From positions 372,001 to 436,000 of the forward strand of contig JAPDFW010000022.1 in assembly GCA_028826165.1 (NCBI GenBank): a stretch of 64,000 nucleotides of DNA, given 5' to 3'. Both the position numbers and the translations under genes were made by a program. The first letter of the stretch is position 1. Every line of letters begins with the position of its first letter. Below the pieces are notes generated by a model. That model made no database searches and had not been told where the DNA came from. It was given only the letters and a program-made list of their open reading frames with translations. Origin of the DNA: Anaeramoeba ignava BMAN. Its lineage: Eukaryota > Protista > Anaeramoebae. This document shows, in pieces, positions 37,401 to 51,400 of this stretch.

Positions 37401-40257
37401 TTTCGTTTTGATTAGAAGATTTTTGAGGTGTTACTTGGTCTTCATTTTGATTTTCACTTTGGTTTGATTCAAGATTACGAAAAATATTAAATAGCATTGA
37501 AGAAGCCTTGAAAAATTTATTCTGAAACAAAAAATCAGCGAGATCTGTTGATATTCTTGGTGTTTTAATTCTGGAAATAATTTGATAAATTTTCTGTTTG
37601 AATTCTTTTGAAGGGGATAATTGTGATTGAGAATTAGTTGTTTTTCTTAGAAAATTCTCGAAAGAAACTAGTCCCATAATTAAGGATTCAGTTAAATCAA
37701 TTCCTTGTTCTGAAATAATTACCCAATCCTCGTTATTTATTAAGGTATAATCCATAATTGAATATAAAATCCTATCAAAAAGAACTGCAGAGATGCGAGA
37801 TTTGTCGTAATTAAGAGTTGATATGGTTTTAGGAGATGAAGAAGAATCAAATGTGAGAAAATTCAAGTTGTGTTTTGTATTGAAAAATAATGAATATCCA
37901 ACCCAAAAACACGAGTGGAAATACATGCAATCATGGATAAAAGGGTTCCAAACTGTGTGAATAATTTCAAATTCAGTGTTTATAATTGCAATTCTTAAAT
38001 TAGTTATAATTGCAGCGAAAAAGAGCTCTTTTGCGTTTTCTGGTTGTGTTTTGTTCCACTTAATTTCATAAACGTTTTCTTTGTGTTCAAGTTGGAAAAA
38101 TTTTGATTTTTCTAAGTTTCCACCTGATTTTTTAGGTTGCAAAAGTGTGTTCGTAATGTTATTAGTTGGGAAAATTGGGTTTATAAGTGAATTGCTGAGG
38201 AATCCTCCCATATCAATTCCGAGTAAATCATCACCAAGAGCTTTTTTTTCTTGTGTTGATTTTTTTGTGGGAGATTCTTTTGGAAGAGTTTTTGGTTCAT
38301 TAACTTGTGGTTGAGCGACATTTTCTGGTTCAAAATCTACTAATTGAAATTCCAAACTATCATTTAGAAGCAAAGAAAGAAGATTTCGTGAATAAACAAG
38401 TTTTCTTTCTGATAAAATTTGGTAAAGCAAAACTCTGTTTTGTTTAAGTGGCGTTGGGAATATTTTTGATATTTTGTATCCTTTTAAATATAATGGGTCT
38501 TTTGATTTGAATTTTTGTTTCCTTTTGTGTTTGTGTTATTATTTTATGGATAATATTTCTTCCATCCTGAGAAATGATCACAAATTCCTTTCCGCTATCA
38601 CCAACAAAACAGGCATCAATACATCTTTCGTTATCGATAATTTTCCCATTCTTATCAATTAAATAGAAGATTATGACTCTTTGATTTGATTCTAGTGCTA
38701 CTTTGTGGCAGTAATTGGTTGTTTCCCTAACAAGATCAACTTTGAGTTGGATGAGGATCAAGAAGATTTTGCTTTTAGAATTGTATATAAACTTAATGAC
38801 TCTTGCTCCTTTACTAATTTCTTCTTGAATGATGTCTGGTATTTTGTATTTCATTTTAATTTTTTCTTTTTCTTTTTCTTTTTCTTTTTGTTTTTCTTTT
38901 TCTTTTTGTTTTTGGTATTTCTTTTCAATGAAATATTTAAATTCCCTTTATTTTTTTCTTCTTCCTTTTCTTGATTTTCATTTTCATTCTCTTGCTCTTT
39001 ATCACTTGTTTTATTTCTAGGTAATGTGTATTGCTTAATGCAATTTTCTCCACTAGTTTTCACATTGTTGAAATCCATATAAAATATTTTATTGCAAATT
39101 TGAATCTGATTTTGTTCGTTATTGTTTTCTGGAGTAAAAATGGATGATGAATTAAGGTCTGGAATCTCCATTTGTGTTGCAATGGGCATAAATGTTGATG
39201 GATAAAGTTTATCGCAAACAGAATAAATAGCAGTTCCTTCAATTTCCATTTGCGAGTTTGTTTCCACAAGAGAAATATAATTGCACGATTGATGAGATTG
39301 CATTTTTTGGAAAAAAACGCTTTTTGTTGTTGATTTTCCACAATAAGTAAGAAATTGATCTGAGATTTTGAGCTGCGAATCATTTGGAAAATATCTTAGC
39401 GAAATAACTCTTCCATTTGAAGCGAGGACAAAAAACTCATTCAAAAAGGAATGGAAAGAGATTGATTTGATTGTGATTGAATTGTCCAAAAAAACACATG
39501 CTTTGAGTTGGCAATTTGCAGGGTCTCTTGTGCTCCAAATACTAACAAAGCCCTGAGTTCCACCGACAATTAGGTTGTTGTCTTCCTTGGGAGAAAACGC
39601 AATACAAGTTGGTTTGATTTTGACATTCTTTTTTTTGATTTTTTTTGATTTTCCTTTTTTTGACTGGAATATTCCTTGATTCAAGTTAAAATTAATGGGA
39701 ATAAAATCCAATTCACAAAGAAAACTTTTCTGTTTCCAATCCCAAATTTTCACACTAAAATCCGAATTCAAAACTGCGATTTTGGATTGAAATCTGCTTG
39801 CAGAAAGTTGGCAAATTGGTTTCTTTGAAACTTGCAAGTCAATTTGTTGAAGTTGAATTGAATCTTGATTTGGAATCAAATTATGAATATGTAATATTCC
39901 GCTTGATTCTCGCGAGTAAAAAAGTGTTGGTGTTGAATAATCTGCAAATAAACTTGTAATCATTTGCTTGTCATCTTTCTTGCTTGGAATGTATTCGTTT
40001 GATATTGTGTGCTTTTCCATGTCAAAAAGTATAATTCCTCCGTTTTTTGTTGATCCAACTAAAAATGGAAATTGTGAAAATGAAACCAATTCGTTTATTT
40101 TATTGATTGACTTGTCTTCGAATATAACTTTTTTTATGTCTGTTTCCATGTTGTTTTCGTATATTTTCTTGCTTTTGATTGAGAATATTATGTTTTTTTT
40201 TGGATGGAAAGTTGTTATGTTTTGATTTTTTAATTGTAAAATTTTTTGGAACTCCAT
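34424..40257 (-). CDS. TSET/TPLATE complex WD40 subunit TTRAY2 (TWD40-2)-like, split into several ORFs by probable indel errors (about 38945, 38465, 35690-35380)
   Basis: N-terminal WD40 propeller; IFPTPL; SCFWVGYSLFFNTKHNLNFLTFD...ISAVLFDRILY and ESLIMGL...IYQIISRIKTPRIS resemble plant TWD40-2; C-terminal alpha-COP-like Cys cluster (CPYC, CKKC, CMNS, CSYC, CPIC). Confidence 0.75.
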
Positions 40258-40419
40258 TTAAATTTTAAATTTTAATTTTAAAAAAAAAAATGAAAAAAAA
40301 AAATTTGAAAAAAAAAAATTTAAAACTATTTAAAAATTTTTATTTTTAAATAAAAAAAAAAAGATAAATAATTCAACATTAATCTTTTTTAAAACAGAAA
40401 ATATTCTCCAAGTTCCAAT

Positions 40420-42462
40420 TCTAAATTCATTTTTAAATTCATTTTTAAATTCATTTTTAAATTCATTTTTAAATTCATTTTTAAATTCATTTTTAAATTC
40501 ATTTTTAAATTCATTTTTAAATTCATTTTTAAATTCATTTTTAAATTCATTTTTAAATTCATTTTTAAATTCAATTTTAAATTCATTTTTAAATTCATTT
40601 TTAAATTCATTTTTAAATTCATTTTTAAATTCATTTTTAAATTCATTTTTAAATTCATTTTTAAATTCATTTTTAAATTCATTTTTAAATTCATTTTTAA
40701 ATTCAATTTTTAAATTCATTTTTAAATTCATTTTTAAATTCAGTTTTAAATTCATTTTTAAATTGTTTTAAATTGTTTTAAATTCATTTTTAAATTCATT
40801 TTTAAATTCATTTTTAAATTCATTTTTAAATTCATTTTTAAATTGTTTTAAATTCATTTTTAAATTCATTTTTAAATTCCATTTCTAAATTCATTTTTAA
40901 ATCCATTTTTAAATTCATTTTTAAATTCCATTTCTAAATTCATTTTTAAATCCATTTTTAAATTCATTTTTAAATTCAATTTTAAATCCATTTTTAAATT
41001 GTTTTAAATTCATTTTTAAATTGTTTTAAATTCATTTTTAAATTCATTTTTAAATTGTTTTAAATTGTTTTAAATTCATTTTTAAATTCATTTTTAAATT
41101 CATTTTTTAAATTGTTTTAAATTGTTTTAAATTCATTTTTAAATTCATTTTTAAATTGTTTTAAATTGTTTTAAATTCATTTCTTTAAATTGTTTTAAAT
41201 TGTTTTAAATTCATTTTTAAATTCATTTTTAAATTGTTTTAAATTGTTTTTTAAATTGTTTTAAATTGTTTTAAATTCATTTTTAAATTCAGTTTTAAAT
41301 TCATTTTTAAATTCATTTTTAAATTGTTTTAAATTGTTTTAAATTGTTTTAAATTGTTTTAAATTCATTTTTAAATTCATTTTTAAATTCAATTTTTCAA
41401 ATTGTTTTAAATTGTTTTAAATTCATTTTTAAATTCATTTTTAAATTCATTTTTAAATTCATTTTTAAATTCAATTTTTAAATTGTTTTAAATTGTTTTA
41501 AATTGTTTTAAATTCATTTTTAAATTCCAATTTTAAATTGTTTTAAATTGTTTTAAATTTTGTTAAATTGTTTCAAATTCATTTTTAAATTCCAATTTTA
41601 AATTGTTTTAAATTGTTTCAAATTTTGTTTCAAATTGTTTCAAATTCAGTTTTAAATTCAATTTTAAATTGTTTTAAATTCATTTTTAAACTCATTTTTA
41701 AATTCATTTTTAAATTGTTTTAAATTCATTTTTAAATTCATTTTTAAATTCATTTTTAAATTCATTTTTAAATTCATTTTTAAATTCATTTTAAATTCAT
41801 TTTAAATTGTTTCAAATCCATTTTTAAATTCATTTTTAAATTCATTTTTAAATTGTTTTAAATTGTTTTAAATTCATTTTTAAATTCAATTTTAAATTGT
41901 TTCAAATTCATTTTAAATTCATTTTTAAATTGTTTTAAATTGTTTTAAATTGTTTTAAATTGTTTTAAATTGTTTTAAATTGTTTTAAATTCATTTTTAA
42001 ATTGTTTCAAATTGTTTTAAATTGTTTTAAATTGTTTTAAATTGTTTTAAATTGTTTTAAATTCATTTTTAAATTCATTTTTAAATTCATTTTTAAATTC
42101 ATTTTTAAATTCATTTTTAAATTCATTTTTAAATTCATTTTTAAATTCATTTTTAAATTGTTTTAAATTCATTTTTAAATTCATTTTTAAATTCATTTTT
42201 AAATTCATTTTTAAATTGTTTTAAATTGTTTTAAATTTTTTTAAATTGTTTTAAATTGTTTCAAATTGTTTCAAATTCATTTTTAAATTGTTTTAAATTG
42301 TTTTAAATTGTTTCAAATTGTTTTAAATTGTTTCAAATTTTGTTAAATTCATTTCTTTAAATTGTTTTAAATTCATTTTTAAATTCATTTTTAAATTCAT
42401 TTTTAAATTTTGTTAAATTCATTTTTAAATTCAGTTTCAAATTGTTTCAAATTTTGTTAAAT
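40420..42462. repeat. 2-kb AAATTCATTTTT / AAATTGTTTT array abutting the RasGAP stop codon
   Basis: Direct reading. Confidence 0.93.
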
Positions 42463-45400
42463 TCAATTCTTCAAATTAGAAAGTCGAGTAAGATACTTGA
42501 AAGAATCAGAAAATATTATCTTTAAGATATAAGAATCACTACAAACTTCAATTTTTTCTTTAATTCTTTGATCAATTTTCTCAAAAAGTTCTGGATCAGA
42601 AAGTAAACTATAAATATATTCCAAAGAAACTTCAAGTTGGTGATTATCAATAGGAACAGATTCAAACATAGTTTCCAATCTAGTATTTCTATTTTCAAGA
42701 TCAACAATATCAATTGGAATTTCACAAAACTCATAATCAATATGATGATCCGAATTCTTATTTTTTCCAAAAATCCTTTTACTTTCTTCAACAACTCCCA
42801 AACACACAATTTGATCTCCAATTTGCAAATCAAGTTTTTCGGATGATTTACTCATCTTGATTTCAAAACAAGGTTGAAGTAATTTATCCATAAAAGCTTT
42901 TGTCACAGGAATCATCATTTCAAGCAAATTATTCAAAGGAGACATTGGAGATTTTTCATCAAATAACGCTCCGTTCGCAATGCCTTGAATTATTTTGGAA
43001 ATCAAAATGAGTGATCTTCGGGAATCTTTTGAAGGTGGTTCGGGAACTAATCCAAATACTTCAGGTGTGACAATTGCAGGGCAAATGAACCGAAGGAAAA
43101 CTAATCCTGAAATAATAAGATGCCGCGAATTGGGGAATTTTTGAGATGTAATTTCGAATACTTTTCTTGCCAACTCTCGAAGAACAACTGGGAAATAATA
43201 AATTGATTGTAATATTCCATTCAATATCACTTGAGAATATTGGATCAATTTATTGATATTCTCCTCAATTTTTCCTGAATCTGTATTTTCATCAGGATAA
43301 ATTTCAAGTGCTTGACCCATTTCAATCACATTTTTAATGCATTCCTTAATTGACATTTCCAGAAAATGTTTTCCATAAATTGCAAAAAATTCGGATATAA
43401 TTTTTATTGCCATACTTTTTCCTCGAAATAAAACTGTATCAGTGAATGTCATTTCAATTTCCTTTTGAATAAGTTTTTCCATCAAAGGAAGAATTGGTTG
43501 TTGTGCAAACTCAAATATGAATATCAAATTTTTGCAAAGAAGTCCCATATCCGAAATATCAATCTCCTCAAACAAACTTAACGGTAAAATCATCTGTTTC
43601 AATAATAATATTACCAATAGTGAATCTTTTTCTTTTTGTGTTAAACCATTTGTATTTTCGTTTTGTTTTTTTGCTGCATTTGTCTTTGAGTTTTGTTTTG
43701 TTTTAGATTTAGATTTTGATTTAGATTTTATTTTTATTTTTGATTTTGTTTTTGATTTTGGGCTTAAATTTAAATTTGAATTTGAATTTGAATTTGAATT
43801 TGGATTTGGATTTTGTTTTTGTTTTTGTTTGGATCGTGATTTAATAATACTACTCAATCCAAATCTTGATTTTTTCTCATTATTTGATTTTTTTTGTTGC
43901 TTTTCTTTTTGTTCAATTTTAAAATCTTGGATTCTTAATGGAAAAATTATATCAATTTTTTCGAAATTGAAAGAAATTATTTTTCCATTTTCAATTAAAT
44001 TAATTCTTCCATCTGAAATTTGTTGAAAATTTGCAATTTCCATCCATTCCCAATTTTTTTCAACTATGTTACTATCATCGTTGTCATCATCATCATCATC
44101 TTCATTATTATTATTATCATTATTATCATTATTATCTTTATTATTATCATTATTTTTCTTTTTTAGATTGGAAATTCTATTAATATATGCGCGTGGATTA
44201 TTATCATCATTTTTTCCAAGTTTATATCTTAATAAATAAGAAAGAACAACTTTTCTCCAATTTTCAAGATGAATTAAATGATTTGATTGATTCATATATT
44301 GTTTGATTATTATTTCTTGCTCTTTTGAATCGGAAGAAAAGAATTCGTTTTGATAGAATATATTACTCATTTCTTCCAGTTTGATTTTAGAATTTTTGAT
44401 TTGAGAATTTAACCAACTTCTAATTTTCATGAGTAATTGACAGGAATTTCTCCCGAAATCCAAAATTTGGTTGCTAAATAAAGAATCGATTGAAATGGGA
44501 AAATATTGGAATAATAAAACGGTTTCAAAAAGAGTGATAATTTTATGTGTGTCATCATCCCTAATGCATCCAATTTTGGTATTTTTTTTATCTTGGATAA
44601 TTTCAAAGGCATTATTTGTTGTTTCTTTTTCGATTTTGAAAGGAATATTTGTTCGAATCGAGAATTGATTTAGTTTGAGAGACTTCAATAATTTGTATTG
44701 GAATTTATCATTGAAAAAATCAGCACTATTATCATGTATTCTCATCCAGACCTTTTCGAATGTTGTGTTTCCGAATTTTTTATAAGGGGCATAGTAAACA
44801 TATCCTTCAAAATAAACAGGAGAAGCTGCAGAGCTAATGTCAAAGTGGGGGAACTTATTGTAAACAAATTGGAGGAGAGTATTTTGATGGAATGACAATA
44901 TTTCTGGTGTGGGTATGTGGATATTCTTATTGAAAACAAGACCTTCTTGATTTTCTGGGATTGAATCTTTAAAAGGAGATGCAAGTAGAAAATGACTTGA
45001 ACTTTCTGTATTGGAAAACTTGTCTTTCTTGATATTTCTTAAATACCCTTTATTTAGCATAAACCATTTTCCTTGAGGATATTCCAGATACAGTAAATTA
45101 TTAAGGGATTTTTGTTTTTGTTGTTGTTGCTTTTGTTTGTATATTTGTATTTCAATTCCGCTTGGTTTTTGAGAGTAGCCAAATAAAGTATTTGGATGTT
45201 TTTCAGGAAACTTGCAAATTCGATTCTGGATATTTTGTATAAGATTCTGTTTTTCCAAATTTCTAATTGGGAAATGCGTTTATAAGCAATCTCGAGTTGA
45301 TTTTGAAGGGAAATGTAAGAAAATTGGTCATATTCTTGATAAACCTCAAGTAGATTTTCAAATCCGATATTTTCTTCTTCTTGTCTTTGTATTTCGGATT

Positions 45401-48400
45401 CTATCCAATGATAAATATTGTAAAAAAAGGAAAGAAGCTTTTTTTGTTTCATATAATAAATACTACTGAGTGGATGAGGAATTAAATTGAACAAAGAGAC
45501 AAAATTTCGGACCATCTGGATATGATCAACCCAACGATCCAAATCACGTTCATTCATTGAAGTCAAATAAATTTGAGAATTAAGTAGTTTCAAGTGAATA
45601 AAATATTTGTAATTTCCGCCTAATTCTCCATCATAATTATCACTATATCTGTATTTAGAATGATTATTTTGGATATTTTTATCTTCATTATTTTTGTTTG
45701 TGGAAGAGATAGTGTTTTCATTATATCCATTATATCCATTAATAAGTGATATATCAAGCGATGTTTCTTGGAAAGAAACTTTTTTCACAACCAAATATTT
45801 TCGCAAATCAACAATTCTTGCTGGATATTTTGATGTGTTAGACAAATAAAAGCATAAAATCCATCCTCGAAGAACAATATACCAAATTTCTTTTCTTTTG
45901 TTTGCAATCAACAAAAGGTTTCCTTTATAAAATACTGGAATATTTAATAAATCTTGACTATTTTCGTTTTGCCATTTATGGAAAAAATCAATAGCAATTT
46001 TCACAGCAATATTTTGCTTTTTTGTATTAAGATCAATTGAATAAGGATTTGTAAATAATTTAATTGAAAATTTTCTTTCTTCATTATTATCATCTTCATT
46101 ATTTAATAATTTTTGATTTTCAAAAATGTTAATATTCATTAAACGGTTTTTTTGTACAAATTCTAAAGGATCGTCTTGTTGAATTTCTTCAATTTGAGAA
46201 TTATCATTCTGGATATCATCTTTATAATTTTGATCTTTTTCAATATTATCAATATTATTATTGTCATTATCATTTTCTATTTGATTTCCGTTTTCACTTT
46301 GAAAAGAATTATCTTCATTGAAATTTTCGAATTTAATTTCATTTTCTATTTCATTTTCTATTTCATTTTCTATTTCATTTTGAATTTGATTTTGATTTTG
46401 AATTTGATTTTGAATTTGATTTTCATTTTCATTTTGAATTTGATTTTGATTTTGATTTTGATTTTGAATTTGATTTTGAATTTGATTTTGATTTTGATTT
46501 TGATTTTTATTTTCATTTTGATTTTCATTTTCATTTTCATTTTCATTTTCATTTTCATTTTCATTTTCATTTTGAATTTCAATTACGTTCTCTTTTTCTT
46601 GTGTAATAATTTCTGGAAATTTTTCTTTTGGAGGAGTAAAGGGTATTGTAGTTGAATTTGAGCGAGATTTATTTTCTGAATGATAAGGAAGTTGAAAATT
46701 TTCTTTATATTTTTCATCTCTAGTATAAAAACTTTTGAATTTTTTATGCTTATTAACTTTTGGATTTTTTTGATTTTTTATATTTTGCGTATTTTGGAAA
46801 ATAATTGGAGAACAAGGATCAACAATTTCTACTTTATTAGCAGGTATTTTACCTTGTTCTCCATTTTCTTTTTGAACAACCCACATTGTTTCTTCAATAT
46901 CAATTAAAGTTAAAAACTCATTTTCGTAAGTTTGCAATTCATCCGAATTTTTTGGTTGATAATTTTCCAAACAAAACACTCTTCTTCTAGAATCTGAATC
47001 ATCATGAATTAACAAACGAGAAAGTCTTGATAAAAGTAACTTGCGAAAATTTTGCAAAAAAGAAATCCAATCACGACTTTTTGCGATTTGTTCTTCTAAA
47101 GAAATTGGTTCGTTATATAGATTTGGATTCATTAATTTTGAATGAAGATTAGATTCCTGAAGAAATTCCTTCTCAAGCCAAGATATGAGTTTCAAATATC
47201 GAGATTTGAATTGTATGATTGAATCTCTTTGAAGAAATAAAGGTTTTTTCAGAACATTAACGAAGTTTCTTCCGATATAAAATACATTAAGCCAAGATTT
47301 CAGTTGGTCGATTGTATCGAATCCAAATATCCATTCATGAGAATTTCTGATCACAAGCCTTAGACAGTATTTTGATTCAACAATTTCTGAAGGTTTTTCG
47401 ATTGATTCCAAAGCGAAAAACGATGTAGAAAATTTAGGAGGAACAAGAACATCTTTTCTTTGAGAAAAAATGCAAATATCCCAACCGTTGATTATAAGCC
47501 ATTTTTTGCTCCATTTTTTGAATGAGAATTGTCTGAATGACTCTGATTTCAAATAAGCAGAGCCTTCGTGGAAAATTGGGAGCATTTTGATAATTTGGTA
47601 GTCATTATTGATATCGGAATGAGAATTATTTGGATTATCAAAGACAGTATTGTTTTCATTGGAAAAAACAGAGGGATAATCGCTGTGGAGGATGTCAAGA
47701 GGCTCCAAAGAAGATGGGCGCGGATTGAACAAGTAGCTTTTTTTAGCGCGAGAAGTGGAGAAGACTAAAAAGTTGTCTGTTTGATCAAGTTGTTTCATAT
47801 CCCACCCAATTTCTGAGTGTGATTTGAGGGTTTCTTCAGATGGTTTTGTTATTTCGACGATCTCGACATAATCAGTTTTAACATCTCCAATTTTATCTCC
47901 AATTTGAGCCTTCAACCAAGAATCTACTGGGTTGCATATTAGAATCATCCATTGACCCTTTTTGTATGAAAGTTCGTTTTTGTTTTTTGATTTATAAGAA
48001 TTTAGCGCAAATATTCTTGTTCTATAATCGTTGGGTTTTTCAATCAAGCGAGATGCCTCATTTCCCAGAAGTTTTTTCTTCCAATTCAAAAGGGATTGTT
48101 TTTTTGCGGGTTCTTGAGAGGTGTAGAGTTTCTCCATTTGATACATCCATTCAATTATCAAAATCAGTTGTTTTGTTCTTCTTTTTGGTAATGAATCTGC
48201 TGAAGAGTGCAAGTTTATCAGGCTTGAATTGGTTTGGGTATCAAATTCAACAAGTAATTGCATGCCATGGAAAATGGAAAGCCATTCTTTCAATTGCTGT
48301 TCGGTTTCGACAGCAAATATTCGCTGTTCGTTTTTGTTAAAACGAATGAAAAAACTGAATTGTGGATGTTTTTTGCTTGAGGTGATCACGGTTTGTGTGG

Positions 48401-51400
48401 ATATAATTTTGCGAGTGTCGATGGCGAAAATGGGCTCGGAAAGTTTTTTGTCAGAAAAAGAGCCGAAGAACCAACCGCGAAAAACAAACCAAAACGTTTC
48501 CCATTCATTTTCTGTGTTCAAAGACTGCAAATAACCGCTTTTTTGCAGAGGAAAAATTTGCATTCTTTGTTCGTCATCAATAACATTTTGGATCAAAGAT
48601 TTGGCGATACTTGACTGGCTAAATTGCTTCAGATCGTCAGTTTGGCAGATGGACAATTTGTGGCCATTTTTTATTTTATCGAGAATATGCTCAATTTGGA
48701 TGCCGAATTGATATTTGGGTTTTTCGCAGTTTTTGGGACAAGAAACGATTATTTGAGTTGCAGGCGGAACAATAATGATTTTGGATCTTGGAATCAATCC
48801 AGTCATTCCTCCAATTGATGCCTTGAGATACTTCTCGTTTTCTTCTTCTAAATTTGTGAACCACTGTCTGGAAACAAAGGAAAGCTCGTTTTGGTTCGAT
48901 AAAGAGATGTTGGAAGTCAATGAATAAGCGATTTCGGTTTCTGTTATTCTTGGAAAATTGAACCGCGCAGAAATCCCCAACAAATACAAATGAATGCTTC
49001 TTATTACGGATATCTGGTTCTGCGTCGCAATGATTTTTTGGCGGATAAACAGGATCTGATTCGAGAGATTGTTTTCCTTTTGCTGTTTTTGTGATAAGGA
49101 AAAATCTCGGAAATTTTCAGTTGGTTTTTTGATTAAAGATTTAAAAGGTTTTTTATTGGTGGTTTTCTTGTGATGATCCGTTGGCGGTTTGTCATGGAAA
49201 CTGAGGTTTTTTGCTTCCCATCCTGTATTGAGATGCTGTTTTTTTGCTGTTTGATATTTGGCAAGTTTTGCTTCCAAATTTTGATATTTGTCAGCAACTT
49301 GTTTATGTTGAGAAAATATTTCCTCGATCCAAAAAATCATATTTTCAACTTCGCTTTCGTAAAACGCTCTCTTATTGTTTTGCACTGCGCCTCGCGAGAA
49401 TATGTTTGATAAAGAGAACAAAGAAACGAGTTTATCGAAGTGGCCGATCCATTTGTCCATTGATTGCTTATCCGAAGCACACAGATAAAGTGTGGAACTG
49501 TTCAATATGATCTGGAAAGCAAATTGAATGCCTAATTTGGATTCTGCGCTTGTAATTGATCGTATCTCTGCAATGTGGAACGATCTTTTTGCCATAGGAT
49601 CTTCTTTCGAATCAAACGCAAGAATATGAAAATTCGAAACAGCAAACCATTTTGGTGTCCAAATAACCGATTTTCCTTTTTTTTCTTGAACTAGCAAATC
49701 TCCTTCAAAAAAAACGTCAAATTGATCAAATATGAATTTTTGTGAGGGTTTAAAAAATTTTTTGGAAGAGTTGAACTGGTCAATAGTTGAATTAGAGTTT
49801 ATTTGCTGATTTGTGAGTTCTCCGTAAGTTGATTCCTCAATGAAGTTTGGGATCAAAAGAAGCATGTTGTTTGGGGAAAACCAACCAGCAACACCATTAA
49901 TTTCGCCGAACCATTCGTCGTCTTGGTATACTTTGAGGATGCGGATGAGATCGAATTTGGAGTAAACAAGATGATCCTTGAGTTGGTGATTTGGGCTTTT
50001 TTGGTGGCATATGACAAATTGGTTTTCTGTTGTGTAAAATTGGGAATGTGTTTTGTAGAGGCAGCCTATCACAAACATTTCCCATGAAGAAATGGCTTCG
50101 AGAAGATTTTGGCAGGAAATAAGTGTTTGGTTTATTTCGGCCATTTTGGACGAAGTAAGTTGCCGTTGTGGCGCTTTGTTTTCTTGTGGAATCAATCGCG
50201 AGAAATGCGATTTTGTTTTATTCACATCTTCTTTTAAGAAATCCAAATAAGAAAGAATGAGCTTTAATAACGGAATATCTGTCTGGTCGTTAATTCGCAG
50301 AATGGTTGCCAGAAAAACCTGTGATAATTTAATTGTGATGATCCATTCGTTTGCTTCGTCTTCGCTGTTTGCCTTGAAAAAATAGACTCTTGATGTTGTT
50401 CCGACTTGAAACACATTTTGTTTTTTGAGTCTTTCATTGTCTGTTCTAACAAAAATGATTTGGTGTAAATTGATTGATCCTCGTGGTTCATTTGGATTTT
50501 CATTGAATGTTGATTCGTTGTTGTAATAATTCAGTGTGCTCTTGGTTAAAACTAAGTATCTTTTTTGCCATGTTGTTTTTTGCCAATTTTTTCGGCTTTT
50601 TCGATATTTGTAAACAATTGATTTTTTTTGGATTGGGATATTTTCTAGTGATTCTTGTTGGATTTTGGATAAAAAGAAAAAGGAAGGAAATTGGACTGGT
50701 GTTAAATTGAATGAATTTGTTTGAATTTTTTCTTTTTTGGGAGTGGAAAAATTTGTTTGGATTGATTTTTTAAGTTTTGTTTGGTTGAATTGCAATGTTG
50801 ATACAATTTGTGTATTTTGTGGATTAGTTTCTCTTTTTTGTTGTTGAATTTTGTGAATTAATAAAGTATTTGTAGTTATTTTGACATAATTACCTTTTTA
50901 ATTTTTTTGAAGAAATTTGATTTAATTTAATTTATAAATGATTTGGAAATTGATTTAATTTAATTTATAATTTTATTTATAATTTTATTTATTATTTTAT
51001 TTATAATTTAATTTATAATTTTGTTTATAATTTTATTTATAATTTTATTTATAATTTTATTTATAATTTTATTTATAATTTTATTTATAATTTTATTTAT
51101 AATTTAATTTATAATTTTATTTATAATTTAATTTATAATTTTATTTATAATTTTATTTATAATTTTATTTATAATTTAATTTATAATTTTATTTATAATT
51201 TGTTTATAATTTTATTTATAATTTTATTTATAATTTTTATTTATAATTTAATTTATAATTTTTATTTATAATTTTGTTTATAATTTTATTTTATAATTTT
51301 GTTTATAATTTTATTTATAATTTTATTTATAATTTAATTTATAATTTTATTTATAATTTTATTTTATTTATAATTTTATTTATAATTTTATTTATAATTT

